From Gemmatimonadota bacterium (GTDB lineage: Bacteria; Gemmatimonadota; Gemmatimonadetes; Gemmatimonadales; GWC2-71-9), in NCBI GenBank assembly GCA_039588295.1, contig JBDHAB010000005.1, positions 1-64,000 on the forward strand: a stretch of 64,000 bases of DNA, read 5' to 3'. Positions 37,562 through 48,955 of the stretch are shown one piece after another. Under the pieces are notes generated by a model. That model made no database searches, was not told the DNA's origin, and was given only the letters and a program-made list of their open reading frames with translations. The position numbers and the translations under genes are program-made. Numbering within the stretch: the stretch's first letter is position 1; each line of letters starts with the position of its first letter.

Positions 37562-39608
37562 GGCGCTGTGCACGTCTCGCTCCCGACCGAACCCCGGTCC
37601 TCCCGGTCTGCGGCGCACGGCGCTGCGGATCACCCTCGGCTCGCAGTTCGAAGAGCTGGTCCCGCAACTGCGCAGCAAGCTCATAGTCGAGCTCCGCGGC
37701 CGCCTCGCGCATCTGCTGCTCGAGCACCTCGATGAGCCCTTCGCGATCGAGCCCCGATGCGGGATGGGTCGGGTCTGCCGCCGCCGGCTGCTCCGCCCGG
37801 GCATCGGCAACCCGCGTCACGAGCCGGACATGATCCACGGACTTGCGGATCGACACGGGAATGATCCCGTGAGCACGATTGTGGTCTTCCTGTAACCCGC
37901 GGCGGCGGCTCATCTCGGCAATGGCCCGTTCCATCGACCCCGTGACCCTGTCGGCATAGAGCACCGCCCGCCCGCGCTCGTTCCGCGCCGCCCGTCCAAC
38001 CGTCTGGATCAGCGATCGCTCGGACCGCAGGAACCCCTCCTGATCCGCGTCCAAGATGGCCACCAACGCCACCTCCGGAAGGTCCAGGCCCTCTCTAAGC
38101 AGGTTGATGCCGATGAGGACGTCGAAGTCGCCGAGCCGCAGGCCCCGCACGATCTCCATGCGCTCGATCGCGTCCACATCCGAGTGCATGTACCGAACCC
38201 GGACGCCCATCTGCTGAAGGTAGTCGGTGAGATCCTCGGCCATGCGCTTCGTCAACGTGGTGACCAACACCCGTTCGCCGGCAGCCTCGCTCCTGCGAAT
38301 CTCGGCCAGCAGATCGTCCACTTGGCCCCGAACCGGTCGCAGTTCCACCACGGGATCGACCAGCCCCGTGGGTCGGATGATCTGCTCCACAACCACCCCT
38401 TCGCTGAGCTCGAGCTCGAAATCACCGGGGGTAGCCGATGCGAACATCAGGCGCGGTGTGAGTCGCATGAACTCGTCGAAGTTGAGCGGACGATTATCCA
38501 ACGCCGACGGTAGCCGGAACCCGTGCTCGACTAGCGTGAGCTTGCGCGACCGATCGCCATGGTACATGCCACCGATCTGCGGAAGCGTCACGTGTGACTC
38601 ATCGATGATCGTGAGGTAATCGTCCGGAAAGTAGTCCAGCAGGCACGCCGACCGCTCTCCCGCACTGCGGCCGGTCAAGTGGCGGCTGTAGTTTTCGACG
38701 CCGGCACACCTTCCGATCTCCAACAACATGTCGACGTCGAACATCGTGCGCGACTCGAGCCGCTGTGCCTCGAGCAGTTTTCCCTGCGAGCGGAACTCCG
38801 TGAGGCGCTCCTTCAGCTCCTCACGAATGGCGCGCGCGGCGCGCTCCACCGTGGGCCGTCGTGTGACGAAGTGGGTCGCCGGATAGATGGCACAGCGGGG
38901 CAGCTCGGCGATCTGATTGCCGGTCAGTGGATCGATCTTCGAGATGCGCTCGACCTCGTCTCCCCAAAACTCAATGCGAACCGCCTGCTCCTCGTATGCC
39001 GGGAGAACCTCCACCGTGTCCCCGCGAACGCGGAACGTCCCGCGTTCGAGGACCACGTCGTTGCGGTGGTAGTTGATCCCCACGAGCGCCTCGAGCACCG
39101 CATCGCGCGGCCGCTCTTCGCCGGCGTCCACCGTGACCATGAGGGCTCGGTACTCGACCGGGTCGCCCAGGCCGTAGATCGCACTCACCGTCGCAACGAT
39201 GATGACGTCGTCGCGCTCGACCAGACTCGACGTAGCCCGGAGTCGCAGCGCGTCGATATCTTCGTTGATCGACGCATCCTTCTCGATGTACGTGTCCGTC
39301 GCCGGCACGTACGCCTCGGGTTGATAGTAGTCGTAGTAGGAGATGAAGTATTCGACGGCGTTTCCGGGAAAGAACGTCTTGAGCTCTCCGTAGAGCTGGG
39401 CCGCGAGCGTCTTGTTATGTGAGAGAACCAGCGTGGGCCGACGGCCCGCCGCGATCACGTGCGCCATCGTCACGGTCTTGCCCGATCCCGTGACCCCTAG
39501 CAGCGTCTGATATCGATCGCCGCGCTCGAAGCCTGCTACGAGCTCTGCGACCGCTCTGGGCTGATCCCCGGCAAGCGAGAATGGCAGCGTGAGATCGAAC
39601 TCAGGCAT
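37554..39608 (-). CDS. uvrB: Excinuclease ABC subunit B
   Basis: [47 protein letters not shown]-terminal UVR coiled coil. Confidence 0.98.
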   Translation of the reverse strand: MPEFDLTLPFSLAGDQPRAVAELVAGFERGDRYQTLLGVTGSGKTVTMAHVIAAGRRPTLVLSHNKTLAAQLYGELKTFFPGNAVEYFISYYDYYQPEAYVPATDTYIEKDASINEDIDALRLRATSSLVERDDVIIVATVSAIYGLGDPVEYRALMVTVDAGEERPRDAVLEALVGINYHRNDVVLERGTFRVRGDTVEVLPAYEEQAVRIEFWGDEVERISKIDPLTGNQIAELPRCAIYPATHFVTRRPTVERAARAIREELKERLTEFRSQGKLLEAQRLESRTMFDVDMLLEIGRCAGVENYSRHLTGRSAGERSACLLDYFPDDYLTIIDESHVTLPQIGGMYHGDRSRKLTLVEHGFRLPSALDNRPLNFDEFMRLTPRLMFASATPGDFELELSEGVVVEQIIRPTGLVDPVVELRPVRGQVDDLLAEIRRSEAAGERVLVTTLTKRMAEDLTDYLQQMGVRVRYMHSDVDAIERMEIVRGLRLGDFDVLIGINLLREGLDLPEVALVAILDADQEGFLRSERSLIQTVGRAARNERGRAVLYADRVTGSMERAIAEMSRRRGLQEDHNRAHGIIPVSIRKSVDHVRLVTRVADARAEQPAAADPTHPASGLDREGLIEVLEQQMREAAAELDYELAAQLRDQLFELRAEGDPQRRAPQTGRTGVRSGARRAQRRA

Positions 39609-39658
39609 CCACCGCTACGGGCATCCAACTTCGGAACTCGGGTTGCTGATCCCCCATA

Positions 39659-41821
39659 TCAGCTTCGCGTCGGCTCACGCCGCTCCACTCCCGAGACTCC
39701 TTTGACCCGGCGCATCGCCCGCATCGCTTTCGCCAAATGGGCGTGATTCTCGACTTCGACCAACACCGAACCGAACATCGCGCCGTCCTTGCTCGAGAGC
39801 TCAGCACTGCGGATGTTCGTGCCCGTGCCGGAGACCGCCTCCATCAGGTCAGCGTACAGCCCACGCCGATCTTCGCCGCTGACGCCGAGACTCACCACGA
39901 ACACCTCACCTTCGACGGTCTGCCAGTCGATCTCGACCCGCCGCTCGGGGTCCGTGGACATCGTGAGCAAGTTGGGGCAGTCCGCTCGATGAATGGAGAT
40001 GCCTCGGCCCTTCGTCACGAACCCCACCACGGGATCGCCAGGCACCGGCTGACAGCACTGGGCGTAACGAACCATGAGCCCATCCACCCCATGGACTCGG
40101 ACCCCGCGTCCCATCCGGATGCGATCGATGACGCGTCCAAAGCGGGTCGGCTTGGGCGCCTGGAGCTCCCCAGGGGAGCGGCTCGGGAACAGGGCCTTGA
40201 TCACCTGCCCAATCGGCGTATCCCCGCGTCCGACCACGGAGTACAGGGTCTCGGCGCTACCCAACGACAGCCGTTCGGCCGCGGCCCGCAGGACGTCGTC
40301 GCCCGGCATTTCCAGTCGGCGGCGGCGCAGCTCACGCTCGAGGATCTCCCTGCCGACTGCTGCGCTCCGCTCTCCCGCTTCCTTGTTGATCCACTGGCGG
40401 ATCTTGTGGCGCGCACGCGCGGTGTGGACGTGATTGATCCAATCCTTGCTAGGCCGCGCAAACGGACCGGTGAGAATCTCCACCGTGTCACCGTTCCGAA
40501 GCGGGCGGTGCAGCGGGGCGATGCGCCCATTCACCTTGGCTCCCTGGCAGCGCAGCCCAACCTCGGTGTGCACCGCGAACGCGAAGTCGATCGGCGTCGC
40601 CCCCGCGGGAAGCCGTTTGACGTCGCCACCCGGCGTGAACACGAAGATCTCATCCTGGAACAGGTCGATCTTGAGGAACTCGATGAACTCCTCGGGGTTA
40701 TGCGCATCCTGCTGCAACTCGAGCAGCTGGCGAAACCACTCGAACCGGGTGTCGAGCTCGTCTCGGGAGCGTTGCTCTTTGTACGCCCAGTGCGCCGCGA
40801 TCCCGTACTCGGCGGTCCGGTGCATGTCGCGGGTGCGGATCTGGATTTCGTACGGCTGCCCACCGGGCCCGAAGATCGTCGTGTGAAGCGACTGGTAGCC
40901 GTTGGACTTGGGCGAGGCGATGTAGTCCTTGATCCGTTCCTGCAGGGGCGTCCAATGATGGTGGATGACACCGAGCGCATGGTAGCAGTCCGGCACCGAG
41001 CGTACGAGCACCCGGATCGCCATGAGATCGTAGATCTCTTCAAACGGACGATTGCGGAGCCGCATCTTGCGGTAGATCGACCACAGGTGCTTCGAGCGTC
41101 CGGTCACCTCGAACTCATCGATGCTGGCGGCTCGCAGCGCGCCGTCGAGCGGTACCCGAAGCCGGTCGATCATCTCTTCCCGCTCGCTCCGTTTGGCCTG
41201 CACCTGGGTTTCGAGGGACTCGTAGTCCTCCGGCTCAAGGAACTTGAAGGCGAGGTCCTCGAGTTCCGTCTTGATCCCCGCCATGCCGAACCGGTGTGCC
41301 AGCGGCGCGTAGATCTCCCGCGTTTCGAGCGAGATACCGTGCCGCCGCTGCTCGGGGAGATGCTCCAGCGTACGCATGTTGTGGAGGCGGTCGGCGAGCT
41401 TGACCATGATCACGCGAGCATCCCGCGCGATGGAGAGCAGCAGCTTGCGGTAGTTCTCGGATTGCTCCTCGGCAGCGGAGCGGAAGGTCAACGTGGAGAT
41501 CTTGGTGAGACCGTCGACGATGTCGCCGACCTCATCACCAAACTCCGAACGGATTTCACCGAGGGATACGTCGGAGTCCTCGGCAACGTCGTGTAGGAGC
41601 GCAGCGGCAACACTCACGGAATCGAGCTGCTGCCCGACGAGAATTTTCGCCACCTCCACCGAATGGGAGATGAAGTCGTCCCCAGACAGCCGCTTTTGGC
41701 CACGGTGCGCCGTGGAGCTGACCTGAAACGCCCGCGTGATGAGATCCAAGTCGAGGCGATCCTCACGGTCGGCCAGCGCCCGAGCAAACTCGGCGTCGAC
41801 AATCTGGAGCACACTGGTCAC
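39659..41821 (-). CDS. rel: Long RelA/SpoT homologue, bifunctional (p)ppGpp synthetase/hydrolase
   Basis: HD hydrolase ALLHDVAED; KLADRLHNMRTL; KDYIASPKSNGYQSLHTT; TGS (TPIDFAFAVHT); CC (AQCCQPVPGD); ACT domain. Confidence 0.96.
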   Translation of the reverse strand: MTSVLQIVDAEFARALADREDRLDLDLITRAFQVSSTAHRGQKRLSGDDFISHSVEVAKILVGQQLDSVSVAAALLHDVAEDSDVSLGEIRSEFGDEVGDIVDGLTKISTLTFRSAAEEQSENYRKLLLSIARDARVIMVKLADRLHNMRTLEHLPEQRRHGISLETREIYAPLAHRFGMAGIKTELEDLAFKFLEPEDYESLETQVQAKRSEREEMIDRLRVPLDGALRAASIDEFEVTGRSKHLWSIYRKMRLRNRPFEEIYDLMAIRVLVRSVPDCYHALGVIHHHWTPLQERIKDYIASPKSNGYQSLHTTIFGPGGQPYEIQIRTRDMHRTAEYGIAAHWAYKEQRSRDELDTRFEWFRQLLELQQDAHNPEEFIEFLKIDLFQDEIFVFTPGGDVKRLPAGATPIDFAFAVHTEVGLRCQGAKVNGRIAPLHRPLRNGDTVEILTGPFARPSKDWINHVHTARARHKIRQWINKEAGERSAAVGREILERELRRRRLEMPGDDVLRAAAERLSLGSAETLYSVVGRGDTPIGQVIKALFPSRSPGELQAPKPTRFGRVIDRIRMGRGVRVHGVDGLMVRYAQCCQPVPGDPVVGFVTKGRGISIHRADCPNLLTMSTDPERRVEIDWQTVEGEVFVVSLGVSGEDRRGLYADLMEAVSGTGTNIRSAELSSKDGAMFGSVLVEVENHAHLAKAMRAMRRVKGVSGVERREPTRS

Positions 41822-42504
41822 AGCAGTCCAGCCTCCGCAAAACTGAAGTACTGATCCCCGGCTACGATCACGTGATCATACACCGGAATGTCGAGCAGGC
41901 CTCCGCCCTCCACCAGCTGCCGGGTCACGGCCCGGTCATCCGCCGAGGGCGTCGGATTGCCACTCGGATGATTGTGCACCACGATGACGGCTGCCGCCGC
42001 CTCCGCAATCGCCGCACGAAATACCTCGCGCGGATGTACCAGCGAGCTGTTGAGGATGCCGCGAGTGATGAGGAGATCCCGAGTGACTCGGTTCTGCGTG
42101 TCCAGCGTGAGCACGTGGAACTCCTCGACCGTCAGATCGCGGAGCCCGGGACCACACCACCGATGGATGTCCGCCGGCGAGCGTACCTCAAACCCTGACG
42201 CCACCCCCTCCCCCGCGAGTCGCCGGCCCAACTCAAGCGCCGCAGCCACCCGCGCCGCCTTCGCTCGGCCCATGCCCGCCACCTGCACGAACTCCCCCAC
42301 GGGACGCCGCGCGAGCTCCCGAATGGACCCTCGTCCGAGTCTGAGAACGCCTCGCGCAACTTCCAATGCATCCCCGCTCGACGTCCCCGCACCTATCAGA
42401 ATGGCGAGAAGCTCGGTCAGCGTCAACGACGCCGACCCCAACGAGAACAGCCGCTCCCGCGGCCGATCGGTGGAGCAGACCTCCGCCAGGCGGCTGGATG
42501 CCAT
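41818..42504 (-). CDS. radC: RadC family JAB/MPN domain protein
   Basis: DRPRERL, ELLAILIG.G, G.G.AKA, HPREVF, HNHPSGNPTPSADD, DHVIV; start placed at MASSRL. Confidence 0.93.
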   Translation of the reverse strand: MASSRLAEVCSTDRPRERLFSLGSASLTLTELLAILIGAGTSSGDALEVARGVLRLGRGSIRELARRPVGEFVQVAGMGRAKAARVAAALELGRRLAGEGVASGFEVRSPADIHRWCGPGLRDLTVEEFHVLTLDTQNRVTRDLLITRGILNSSLVHPREVFRAAIAEAAAAVIVVHNHPSGNPTPSADDRAVTRQLVEGGGLLDIPVYDHVIVAGDQYFSFAEAGLL

Positions 42505-42585
42505 GGGACCGAGCATACTGAGCTTCCCGCTCACGGCGGTGCCCAAACTACGCAGGAGGAGCGAAATCGGTGAGTCGGGGAGCCC

Positions 42586-45500
42586 CTATCCCTTCACCCC
42601 GTGGCACTTCTTGTACTTCTTCCCGCTGCCACACGGGCAGGGATCGTTCCGTCCCACCTTCGGCACGCCGCGGCGTTGTGGCCGGTTGACGACGTCACCG
42701 CCCTCCCCATGTGATGCATGGAGGCTTGCGGGCGCCGGAGCGGCAGCCGTGGCACCCACCATGAGGTCGGCGTCGGACGCGGCGGCCGCAGGCTTCATTT
42801 CCCGCGTCTCCACGGTACGGGCCGGCCGCTGCAGCTGCGGCGGGCCCGCGGAGATCTGAACCTGGAATTTGAAGAACCGCTCGGTAAACGTGGATCGGAC
42901 GTCGTTCATGAGATCCACGAACATGTCGAACGCTTCCTTCTTGTACTCGATCAGCGGGTCCTTCTGTCCCCACGCGCGATACTGGATACCGGTTCGCAGG
43001 TGATCCAACTCGAACAGGTGGTCCTTCCACTTCTCGTCGAGCACCTGGAGCATGACGTGCGACAACAACCGCTCGGCCAGCTTCTCCGCGTTGTGCCGAT
43101 TCCCCAGCTCATCCCAGGAGTCAATCTTCGTGCGGAACGCTTCTCGACCCGCGTGCTGCAGCATCGACTCGAGCGCTTCTTGGTCGGGGATCTTGTCGGC
43201 ATCCTTGATATCCGGGGCGGAAATCAGGTACCGCATGAGCAGCTCGCTGGCGATCAGCTCGCGGTCCCATTGCTCTGGCAAGTCCGCGCTTTCGTCCCGC
43301 GAGAATCGCTGCAGGGCCTCGTCGATCATGCGAACCGCTTCGGCCTTGAGTTCCTCCCCACCTTCGAGCGCGAACAGCCGAAGCGAGTAGAGCACCTCAC
43401 GCTGCTGGTTCATGACATCGTCGTAATCGAGCAGCCGTTTCCGTGCTTGGAAATTCTGGTACTCGACTCGCTTCTGTGCGCTCTCGATTGCACGCGTCAC
43501 GAGCGGGTGCGTAATCACCTCGCCCTCTTCGGCGCCGGACCGCTCCATGATCTTGGCGACGCGTTCCGACCCGAAGAGCCGCATCAGATCGTCCTCGAGC
43601 GAGAGAAAGAACACGCTGACCCCGGGATCGCCCTGCCGCCCCGATCGGCCACGGAGCTGCCGGTCGATTCTGCGAGATTCATGGCGTTCCGTTCCGATCA
43701 CGACGAGCCCGCAGGGTGGGTCCTCGTTGCAGCCACGCTTCTTGATCTCCCCATCGGAGAGGTCGGCCGACTCGGCGACCTGACCGAACGGTGCAAGTCG
43801 CGATTTGATGCCGCACACCTGGCACTGCTTGACGCCGGATCCGAGTTTGATGTCGGTCCCCCGACCCGCCATGTTCGTCGCGATCGTGATGGCACCCGCG
43901 CGCCCAGCAAGGGCCACAATCTCGGCCTCTCGCTGGTGGTATTTCGCGTTCAACACCTCGTGTTTGAATCCACGACGCTTGAGCATCCGCGCGAGCGTCT
44001 CGGACACTTCCACGCTCGTGGTACCGACCAACACTGGAATCCCACGCTCGTTTTGGCGGATAATCTCATTCAGGATGGCGTTGTACTTCTCGCGCCGCGT
44101 CTTGTGGATGAGATCGTGCTGATCCACTCGGCGTACGGGTCGGTTGGTCGGGATGACCATGACCTCGAGCGAATAGATCTGAAAGAACTCGTGCTCCTCA
44201 GTCTCCGCCGTGCCCGTCATGCCGGCCATCTTGTCGTACATGCGGAAGTAGTTCTGGATCGTGATGGTGGCGAGCGTCTGCGTCTCGCCCCGAATGGTCA
44301 CACCCTCCTTCGCCTCGATCGCCTGATGGAGGCCGTCCGACCAGCGCCGTCCCGGCATGAGCCGGCCGGTGAACTCGTCCACGATGAAGACCTGGCCGTC
44401 CTGCACGACATACTCGACATCCTTCTCATACAGCGCGTGGGCCTGCAACAGCTTGTGGATGATCTGCAGCTTCTCGCTCTTCGAAGCGTATTCGCTCTCG
44501 AGCACCTGGCGCCGCTCGAGTTTCTGCTCCGCCGAGAGCCCGTCGTCATGCTCGATCCGGCCGAACTCCTCCGAGATGTCGGGCACGATGAACAAATCGG
44601 GATCGTCCGGACTCATCCGCTCAACACCCTTGTCGGTGAGATGCACCGAGTGGCCGCGCTCATCCAGCACGAAGAAGAGATCCTCTTCAATCTTGCTCAA
44701 TCGCCGCTGAGTGGCCGGCAGCTTGCGATCGGCAACCCGATCGAGCTCGATGCGCTGCACCAGCTGTTTCACGCCGGGCTCTTGCAGACACTTCATGAGC
44801 TTCTTGTTCTTGGGCATGCCGAGCTGCGCCTGGAACAGCTTCACACCCGTATCGTAGTCAGGTTCGCCGTCGTTCATCTGTCCTTCGACCTCGGCGAGGA
44901 TCTGATTCACCGCCGCTGTCTGCTTACGCGCGAGCTCGGAAACCTGCGCATTGAACTCCGAATACTTTAGATCCGACTCGTTCCCGACCGGTCCGGAGAT
45001 GATGAGCGGTGTTCGCGCCTCGTCGACGAGAATACTGTCGACTTCGTCAATGATCGCGTACACATGCTCCCGCTGGACCCGTTGCTCCAGAGAGAACACC
45101 ATGTTGTCTCTCAGATAGTCGAATCCGAACTCGTTGTTCGTGCCGTAGGTGACGTCGCATTCGTATGCCGCCCGTCGTTCGGGCGTCGAGGGCTCGGTAT
45201 CGTCGAGACAGCCCACGGTGAGCCCCAGCCACTTGAAAAGATGCCCCATCCACTGTGAGTCGCGGCGCGCGAGGTAGTTGTTGACCGTGACGAGATGCGC
45301 ACCGCCACCGGACAGGGCGTTGAGGTAGAGCGGCAGTGTCGCAACCAGCGTCTTGCCCTCGCCGGTGGCCATCTCCGCGATCTTGCCCTGGTGCAGCACA
45401 ATCCCGCCGATGAGCTGGACGTCGTACGGCACCATGTCCCACTCGAGTTCGTGCCCGATAACCACGACCTTCGTCCCCAGCAGTCGACGACACGCCTCCC

Positions 45501-45843
45501 GCACGGTGGCGAACACCTCGGGCAGCAAATCGTCCAACGCGGTGGCCGTCTCTCGCTTGAGCTGCTCCTCCAGCTCGTGCACCTCACGGTTCAGCTCATC
45601 TCGTTCCGCCGGGTCCGCACAGTCATGCCGCGCCTGCTTTCGGTCTGCAAGCCGGGCTCGGAGCGTTCCCAGCTGTTCCTCGAGCGTCTCGCGGAACTTG
45701 GCCGTCTGCGCCTGGATCTCCTCCTCCGGCAGCGTACCCAGTCGCTTCTCGTGCCGGAGGATCTCATCGACGATCGGCTGGATGCGCTTCAATTCCCGCT
45801 CGAAACGCGTCCCAATGACCTTCGTTACCAGCTTCTTAAGCAT
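42586..45843 (-). CDS. secA: Preprotein translocase ATPase SecA
   Basis: [63 protein letters not shown]-terminal [23 protein letters not shown]. Confidence 0.98.
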   Translation of the reverse strand: MLKKLVTKVIGTRFERELKRIQPIVDEILRHEKRLGTLPEEEIQAQTAKFRETLEEQLGTLRARLADRKQARHDCADPAERDELNREVHELEEQLKRETATALDDLLPEVFATVREACRRLLGTKVVVIGHELEWDMVPYDVQLIGGIVLHQGKIAEMATGEGKTLVATLPLYLNALSGGGAHLVTVNNYLARRDSQWMGHLFKWLGLTVGCLDDTEPSTPERRAAYECDVTYGTNNEFGFDYLRDNMVFSLEQRVQREHVYAIIDEVDSILVDEARTPLIISGPVGNESDLKYSEFNAQVSELARKQTAAVNQILAEVEGQMNDGEPDYDTGVKLFQAQLGMPKNKKLMKCLQEPGVKQLVQRIELDRVADRKLPATQRRLSKIEEDLFFVLDERGHSVHLTDKGVERMSPDDPDLFIVPDISEEFGRIEHDDGLSAEQKLERRQVLESEYASKSEKLQIIHKLLQAHALYEKDVEYVVQDGQVFIVDEFTGRLMPGRRWSDGLHQAIEAKEGVTIRGETQTLATITIQNYFRMYDKMAGMTGTAETEEHEFFQIYSLEVMVIPTNRPVRRVDQHDLIHKTRREKYNAILNEIIRQNERGIPVLVGTTSVEVSETLARMLKRRGFKHEVLNAKYHQREAEIVALAGRAGAITIATNMAGRGTDIKLGSGVKQCQVCGIKSRLAPFGQVAESADLSDGEIKKRGCNEDPPCGLVVIGTERHESRRIDRQLRGRSGRQGDPGVSVFFLSLEDDLMRLFGSERVAKIMERSGAEEGEVITHPLVTRAIESAQKRVEYQNFQARKRLLDYDDVMNQQREVLYSLRLFALEGGEELKAEAVRMIDEALQRFSRDESADLPEQWDRELIASELLMRYLISAPDIKDADKIPDQEALESMLQHAGREAFRTKIDSWDELGNRHNAEKLAERLLSHVMLQVLDEKWKDHLFELDHLRTGIQYRAWGQKDPLIEYKKEAFDMFVDLMNDVRSTFTERFFKFQVQISAGPPQLQRPARTVETREMKPAAAASDADLMVGATAAAPAPASLHASHGEGGDVVNRPQRRGVPKVGRNDPCPCGSGKKYKKCHGVKG

Positions 45844-46417
45844 CGGAGTCTACGCGATACAATCCATGTGATTCGATGTACTCCGCCACGGTTGGCGGTA
45901 CGAACTCGTCGATTGACTCGCCACGCTCCACCCGCCAGCGAACTGCGGTAGCCGAAACCGCTACCTCGGGAACGTGGAGCAGCTCGCCAACCGGTAGTGC
46001 GACGCCGGCGTCCGCGCCCGGCCGGGTCAGCACCACGATTCGAGCCAACTGCCGAATCCGGTCGGGGTCCTTCCACATCGGGAAGTCGCCGGCCGCATCC
46101 AGTCCAACCAGTAAACATAACCGGTCATCACGGAATTCCGCCTTCATCTCCTGCAAGGTGTCGACGGTGTAGGAAACGCCGGCCCGTCGGATCTCGCGAG
46201 GATCTGCGACAAACCGTGGATCCTCCGCGGCGGCCAGGCGCAGCATCGCGAGCCGATCTTCAGGGGACGCCCGATGGCTCCCAGCTTTGAACGGTTGCTG
46301 CCACGCGGGGACGAAGTGGACAACGTCGAGCGCGAGTTGATCCGCAGCGGATCGAGCGACGACCAGGTGCCCGACGTGAATCGGATCGAACGAGCCTCCA
46401 AAAATCGCGCGGTGCAT
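45836..46417 (-). CDS. nadD: Nicotinate-nucleotide adenylyltransferase
   Basis: [13 protein letters not shown] (HxGH), [21 protein letters not shown]. Confidence 0.93.
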   Translation of the reverse strand: MHRAIFGGSFDPIHVGHLVVARSAADQLALDVVHFVPAWQQPFKAGSHRASPEDRLAMLRLAAAEDPRFVADPREIRRAGVSYTVDTLQEMKAEFRDDRLCLLVGLDAAGDFPMWKDPDRIRQLARIVVLTRPGADAGVALPVGELLHVPEVAVSATAVRWRVERGESIDEFVPPTVAEYIESHGLYRVDSDA

Positions 46418-46481
46418 AGCACGGGTCAAAGACTCGGGGCGAAGGGACAGTGGCCGCTTCGACCGACCGCCCACACCCGCG

Positions 46482-47228
46482 TCACCCGATCCCGGAGATC
46501 TCACGCTGGCAGGCTTCGCCGGCCCCCTCCGTCCCCGGATAGTATTGCTGGAGGTGCAGACACATCGCCTGCTGGTCGTCCTGATACCCGATCCGGTCAT
46601 AGGCCTCGATCAGCCGCACAACGGCCCTCGGCGCATAGCCACTCTGCGGGTACTTCGCCACGACGTCCTTGAAGTAGATGATTGCCGAATCAAAGGCACG
46701 AAGCCGCAGATAAAACACACCAGCCTTGTACGCCTTTTCGGCAAACTTCTCATTCAGCTCGGTGATGCGCAGCTGCGCCCGATCTGCCCCCGGGGTGCTC
46801 GGAAACCGCCCCAGCAACTCCGCATAGGTCGCGACAGCGGTTTCCCCGTAGGTCGGGTCGAGCTCCGGGTCTCTCCACAACTCCGCGTACGCGTCCCCCG
46901 CACGAAGCAAGGCGTCGGGAGCCAGGCGATGCCGCGGGAACTCATCGGCCACCCGACGGAATTGCCGCGCTGCTTCCAGCTCCTCGTTCTGGTCCAGCAT
47001 ACACTCCGCCAGATAATATCGGACCTCCGCGTGACGCTGGTCGCGTGGCGGGAGCTCGAACGTGAGACGCTGAAACCCCTGACGCGCCACCCCACAGTTG
47101 CCGGCGCGAAAGGCGGACATCGAGGCATCAAACAACGCTTCAGGCGTCGGATACAGCGCGGGATCCAGCCTGTTCCCACACGCGGTCACGACGAGGACCG
47201 CCAGCACGGCTACGGAGGCACGTATCAT
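46482..47228 (-). CDS. bamD: Outer-membrane protein assembly lipoprotein BamD
   Basis: VTAC lipobox, TPRs, L..K.AEK.YK.G.FY.R...DSAIIYF..V...YP. Confidence 0.85.
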   Translation of the reverse strand: MIRASVAVLAVLVVTACGNRLDPALYPTPEALFDASMSAFRAGNCGVARQGFQRLTFELPPRDQRHAEVRYYLAECMLDQNEELEAARQFRRVADEFPRHRLAPDALLRAGDAYAELWRDPELDPTYGETAVATYAELLGRFPSTPGADRAQLRITELNEKFAEKAYKAGVFYLRLRAFDSAIIYFKDVVAKYPQSGYAPRAVVRLIEAYDRIGYQDDQQAMCLHLQQYYPGTEGAGEACQREISGIG

Positions 47229-47319
47229 CGCCGCTTTAGTACCCGCGTCCACGACGGTGTTCCCCCACGGGAGCGCGCGAGCATCACCCCGCGGCACGCC
47301 CCGTGCACCTGTCCCAATC

Positions 47320-48237
47320 TCACCGCACCCTCATATCCGGCGCCGCAATGCGATTGAGCCGCTCCGACACGATTGCATAGACCGAGTCCCCTGGTCGCAG
47401 TCCGACGCGCGCCCGTTCGTAGGCCTCGATGGCGCCTCTCACGTCCCCGAGCGCGAAGCGGACGTCTCCCAGCCCCAAGTAGGCGCTCCGAGTCTCCGGC
47501 GTGTTCCCTCCGCTGGTGGCTGCACGTTCGAACCACTGTTCGGCCAAACTCGGCTGACCGCCATCGAGGGCCCGCTGCCCGATCGCCAGCGCGCAGCGAA
47601 CGAGACCCCATCGCGCGTCCCGGGTGATCATGGGATCTCGCTGGCGGCGCACCAGACTCTCAAACACGTCAGATGCCGCTTGGCAGCGTCCCAGGCGCCG
47701 GAGCACCGAACCATAGGTATACATGACCGAGTCCTGGCTCCGCGCGTTTGGCGCCGCCGCCGCCGCATAGATCAGCACCCGCAGGGCCTCAGGTGTTCGC
47801 GCGACGTCACCCGCGGTGGCGGCCATCTCGCCAGCGAATGCACCAAGCGCCCGTCCGGGGGCCACCGTCTGCAATCCACCCAGGGCTGCCGCCAGCGCGA
47901 CTTGATCGCCGCGGCCGATTGCGGCGTGGGCCACCCGAACGAGACCATCTGCCGCCTCGTCGGCGGCAGATTCGCTCCCCTCGGCTCCCAGTGCGGCAAA
48001 CTCCGCCGCAGCGTCCTCGAGTGCACCGGCCTTCAGGGCAGCGGCAGCGGCCTTTCGACGGAGGTCCACGGTTGGTGAGCCGCCGACAAACGCCAGCCGA
48101 TACTCTACGAGCGCGTCGGCGTAGCGACCGTCGGCGTAGGCTTCGTCCGCGATCGACTCGTGTTCGGCAGCGGCCCCGACGCACGCCGAGAGGAGTACGG
48201 CTCCCCCGAGGATCGTGAGCGAGCGACGCAGCGTCAC
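47320..48237 (-). CDS. Hypothetical TPR lipoprotein
   Basis: GTG start MTLRRSLTILGGAVLLSAC lipobox; Ala-rich TPR-like helices (AYLGLGDVRFALGD..GAIEAYERA). Confidence 0.72.
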   Translation of the reverse strand: MTLRRSLTILGGAVLLSACVGAAAEHESIADEAYADGRYADALVEYRLAFVGGSPTVDLRRKAAAAALKAGALEDAAAEFAALGAEGSESAADEAADGLVRVAHAAIGRGDQVALAAALGGLQTVAPGRALGAFAGEMAATAGDVARTPEALRVLIYAAAAAPNARSQDSVMYTYGSVLRRLGRCQAASDVFESLVRRQRDPMITRDARWGLVRCALAIGQRALDGGQPSLAEQWFERAATSGGNTPETRSAYLGLGDVRFALGDVRGAIEAYERARVGLRPGDSVYAIVSERLNRIAAPDMRVR

Positions 48238-48247
48238 AGCCGGGCGG

Positions 48248-48955
48248 CTACCCGCCAAACCGCTCGAGCATGCTGAGGTAGGCGGTCGCGCGCCGGTCTT
48301 GTGGATGATCTTCGGCAACCGCTTCCCAGATGCGCCGCGCGCTGCGGGGGTCTCCCGACAAGTAGCACGCCAAGCCGAGCGCGGCCCGCGCCTCGACCAT
48401 GTCCGGTCTCGCTTCTGCGACCTGCTCCAACTCCTCGCGTGCCTCCAGCGACCGACCTGCATCCAGCAGCACTCGGCCAAGACGGTATCGCACATCGTGG
48501 AAGTGTCGACCCAGTTCCAGCGCTCGCTGGTACTGCTCGACCGCGCGGTTGAGCGCCCCGGCCAGGGCATACGCTTCGCCGAGTTCCGCGTGCTTGTTGG
48601 CGAGTTTCGCGGCATGGTGGGCTGGCAGTCCACCCCAATCCTCACCGCCCGACGCCTTGGCCTCGGCGAATGCCAGAGCGGCATCCTGTTCGCGGCCGAG
48701 CCTCGCCAGCACGATGCCACGATGCATGTGCGCTTCGACGTAGCGCGGATTGAGTTTCAGCGCCGCGTCAAACGCCTCCAGGGCCCTCTCCGGCTGGTCG
48801 ACAAGCTCGTAGGACAGACCGATGATGTGATAGGCATCGGCGAACGCCCGGCCTTGCTCCACCAACTCCTCGACCAGATGGATGGTCCCGTGGTAGTCCT
48901 GGAGCGCGAAGCGCTCCTTGGCTAGCTCAAGTTGCTGTCGGGGACTGACGTCCAT
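48248..48955 (-). CDS. TPR protein
   Basis: FADAYHIIGLSY, ALKLNPRYVEAHMHRGIVL, LGEAY, YRLGRVLL repeats. Confidence 0.82.
   Translation of the reverse strand: MDVSPRQQLELAKERFALQDYHGTIHLVEELVEQGRAFADAYHIIGLSYELVDQPERALEAFDAALKLNPRYVEAHMHRGIVLARLGREQDAALAFAEAKASGGEDWGGLPAHHAAKLANKHAELGEAYALAGALNRAVEQYQRALELGRHFHDVRYRLGRVLLDAGRSLEAREELEQVAEARPDMVEARAALGLACYLSGDPRSARRIWEAVAEDHPQDRRATAYLSMLERFGG

Noticed and set aside
41818..42504. radC as a marker of a mobile element
   Set aside because: It is the full-length chromosomal type, coupled to rel among core genes, with no integrase or att features nearby.
42718..44970. 750-aa plus-strand ORF, and similar ones at 39737-41596, 25333-26976, 21952-23403 and 7902-9305
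   Set aside because: Antisense to well-supported genes (secA, rel, tatC-lptD and others); composition is typical of shadow ORFs.
47320..48720. 466-aa ORF overlapping the TPR gene
   Set aside because: The upstream part is an off-frame overlap; a lipoprotein signal begins at GTG 48237.
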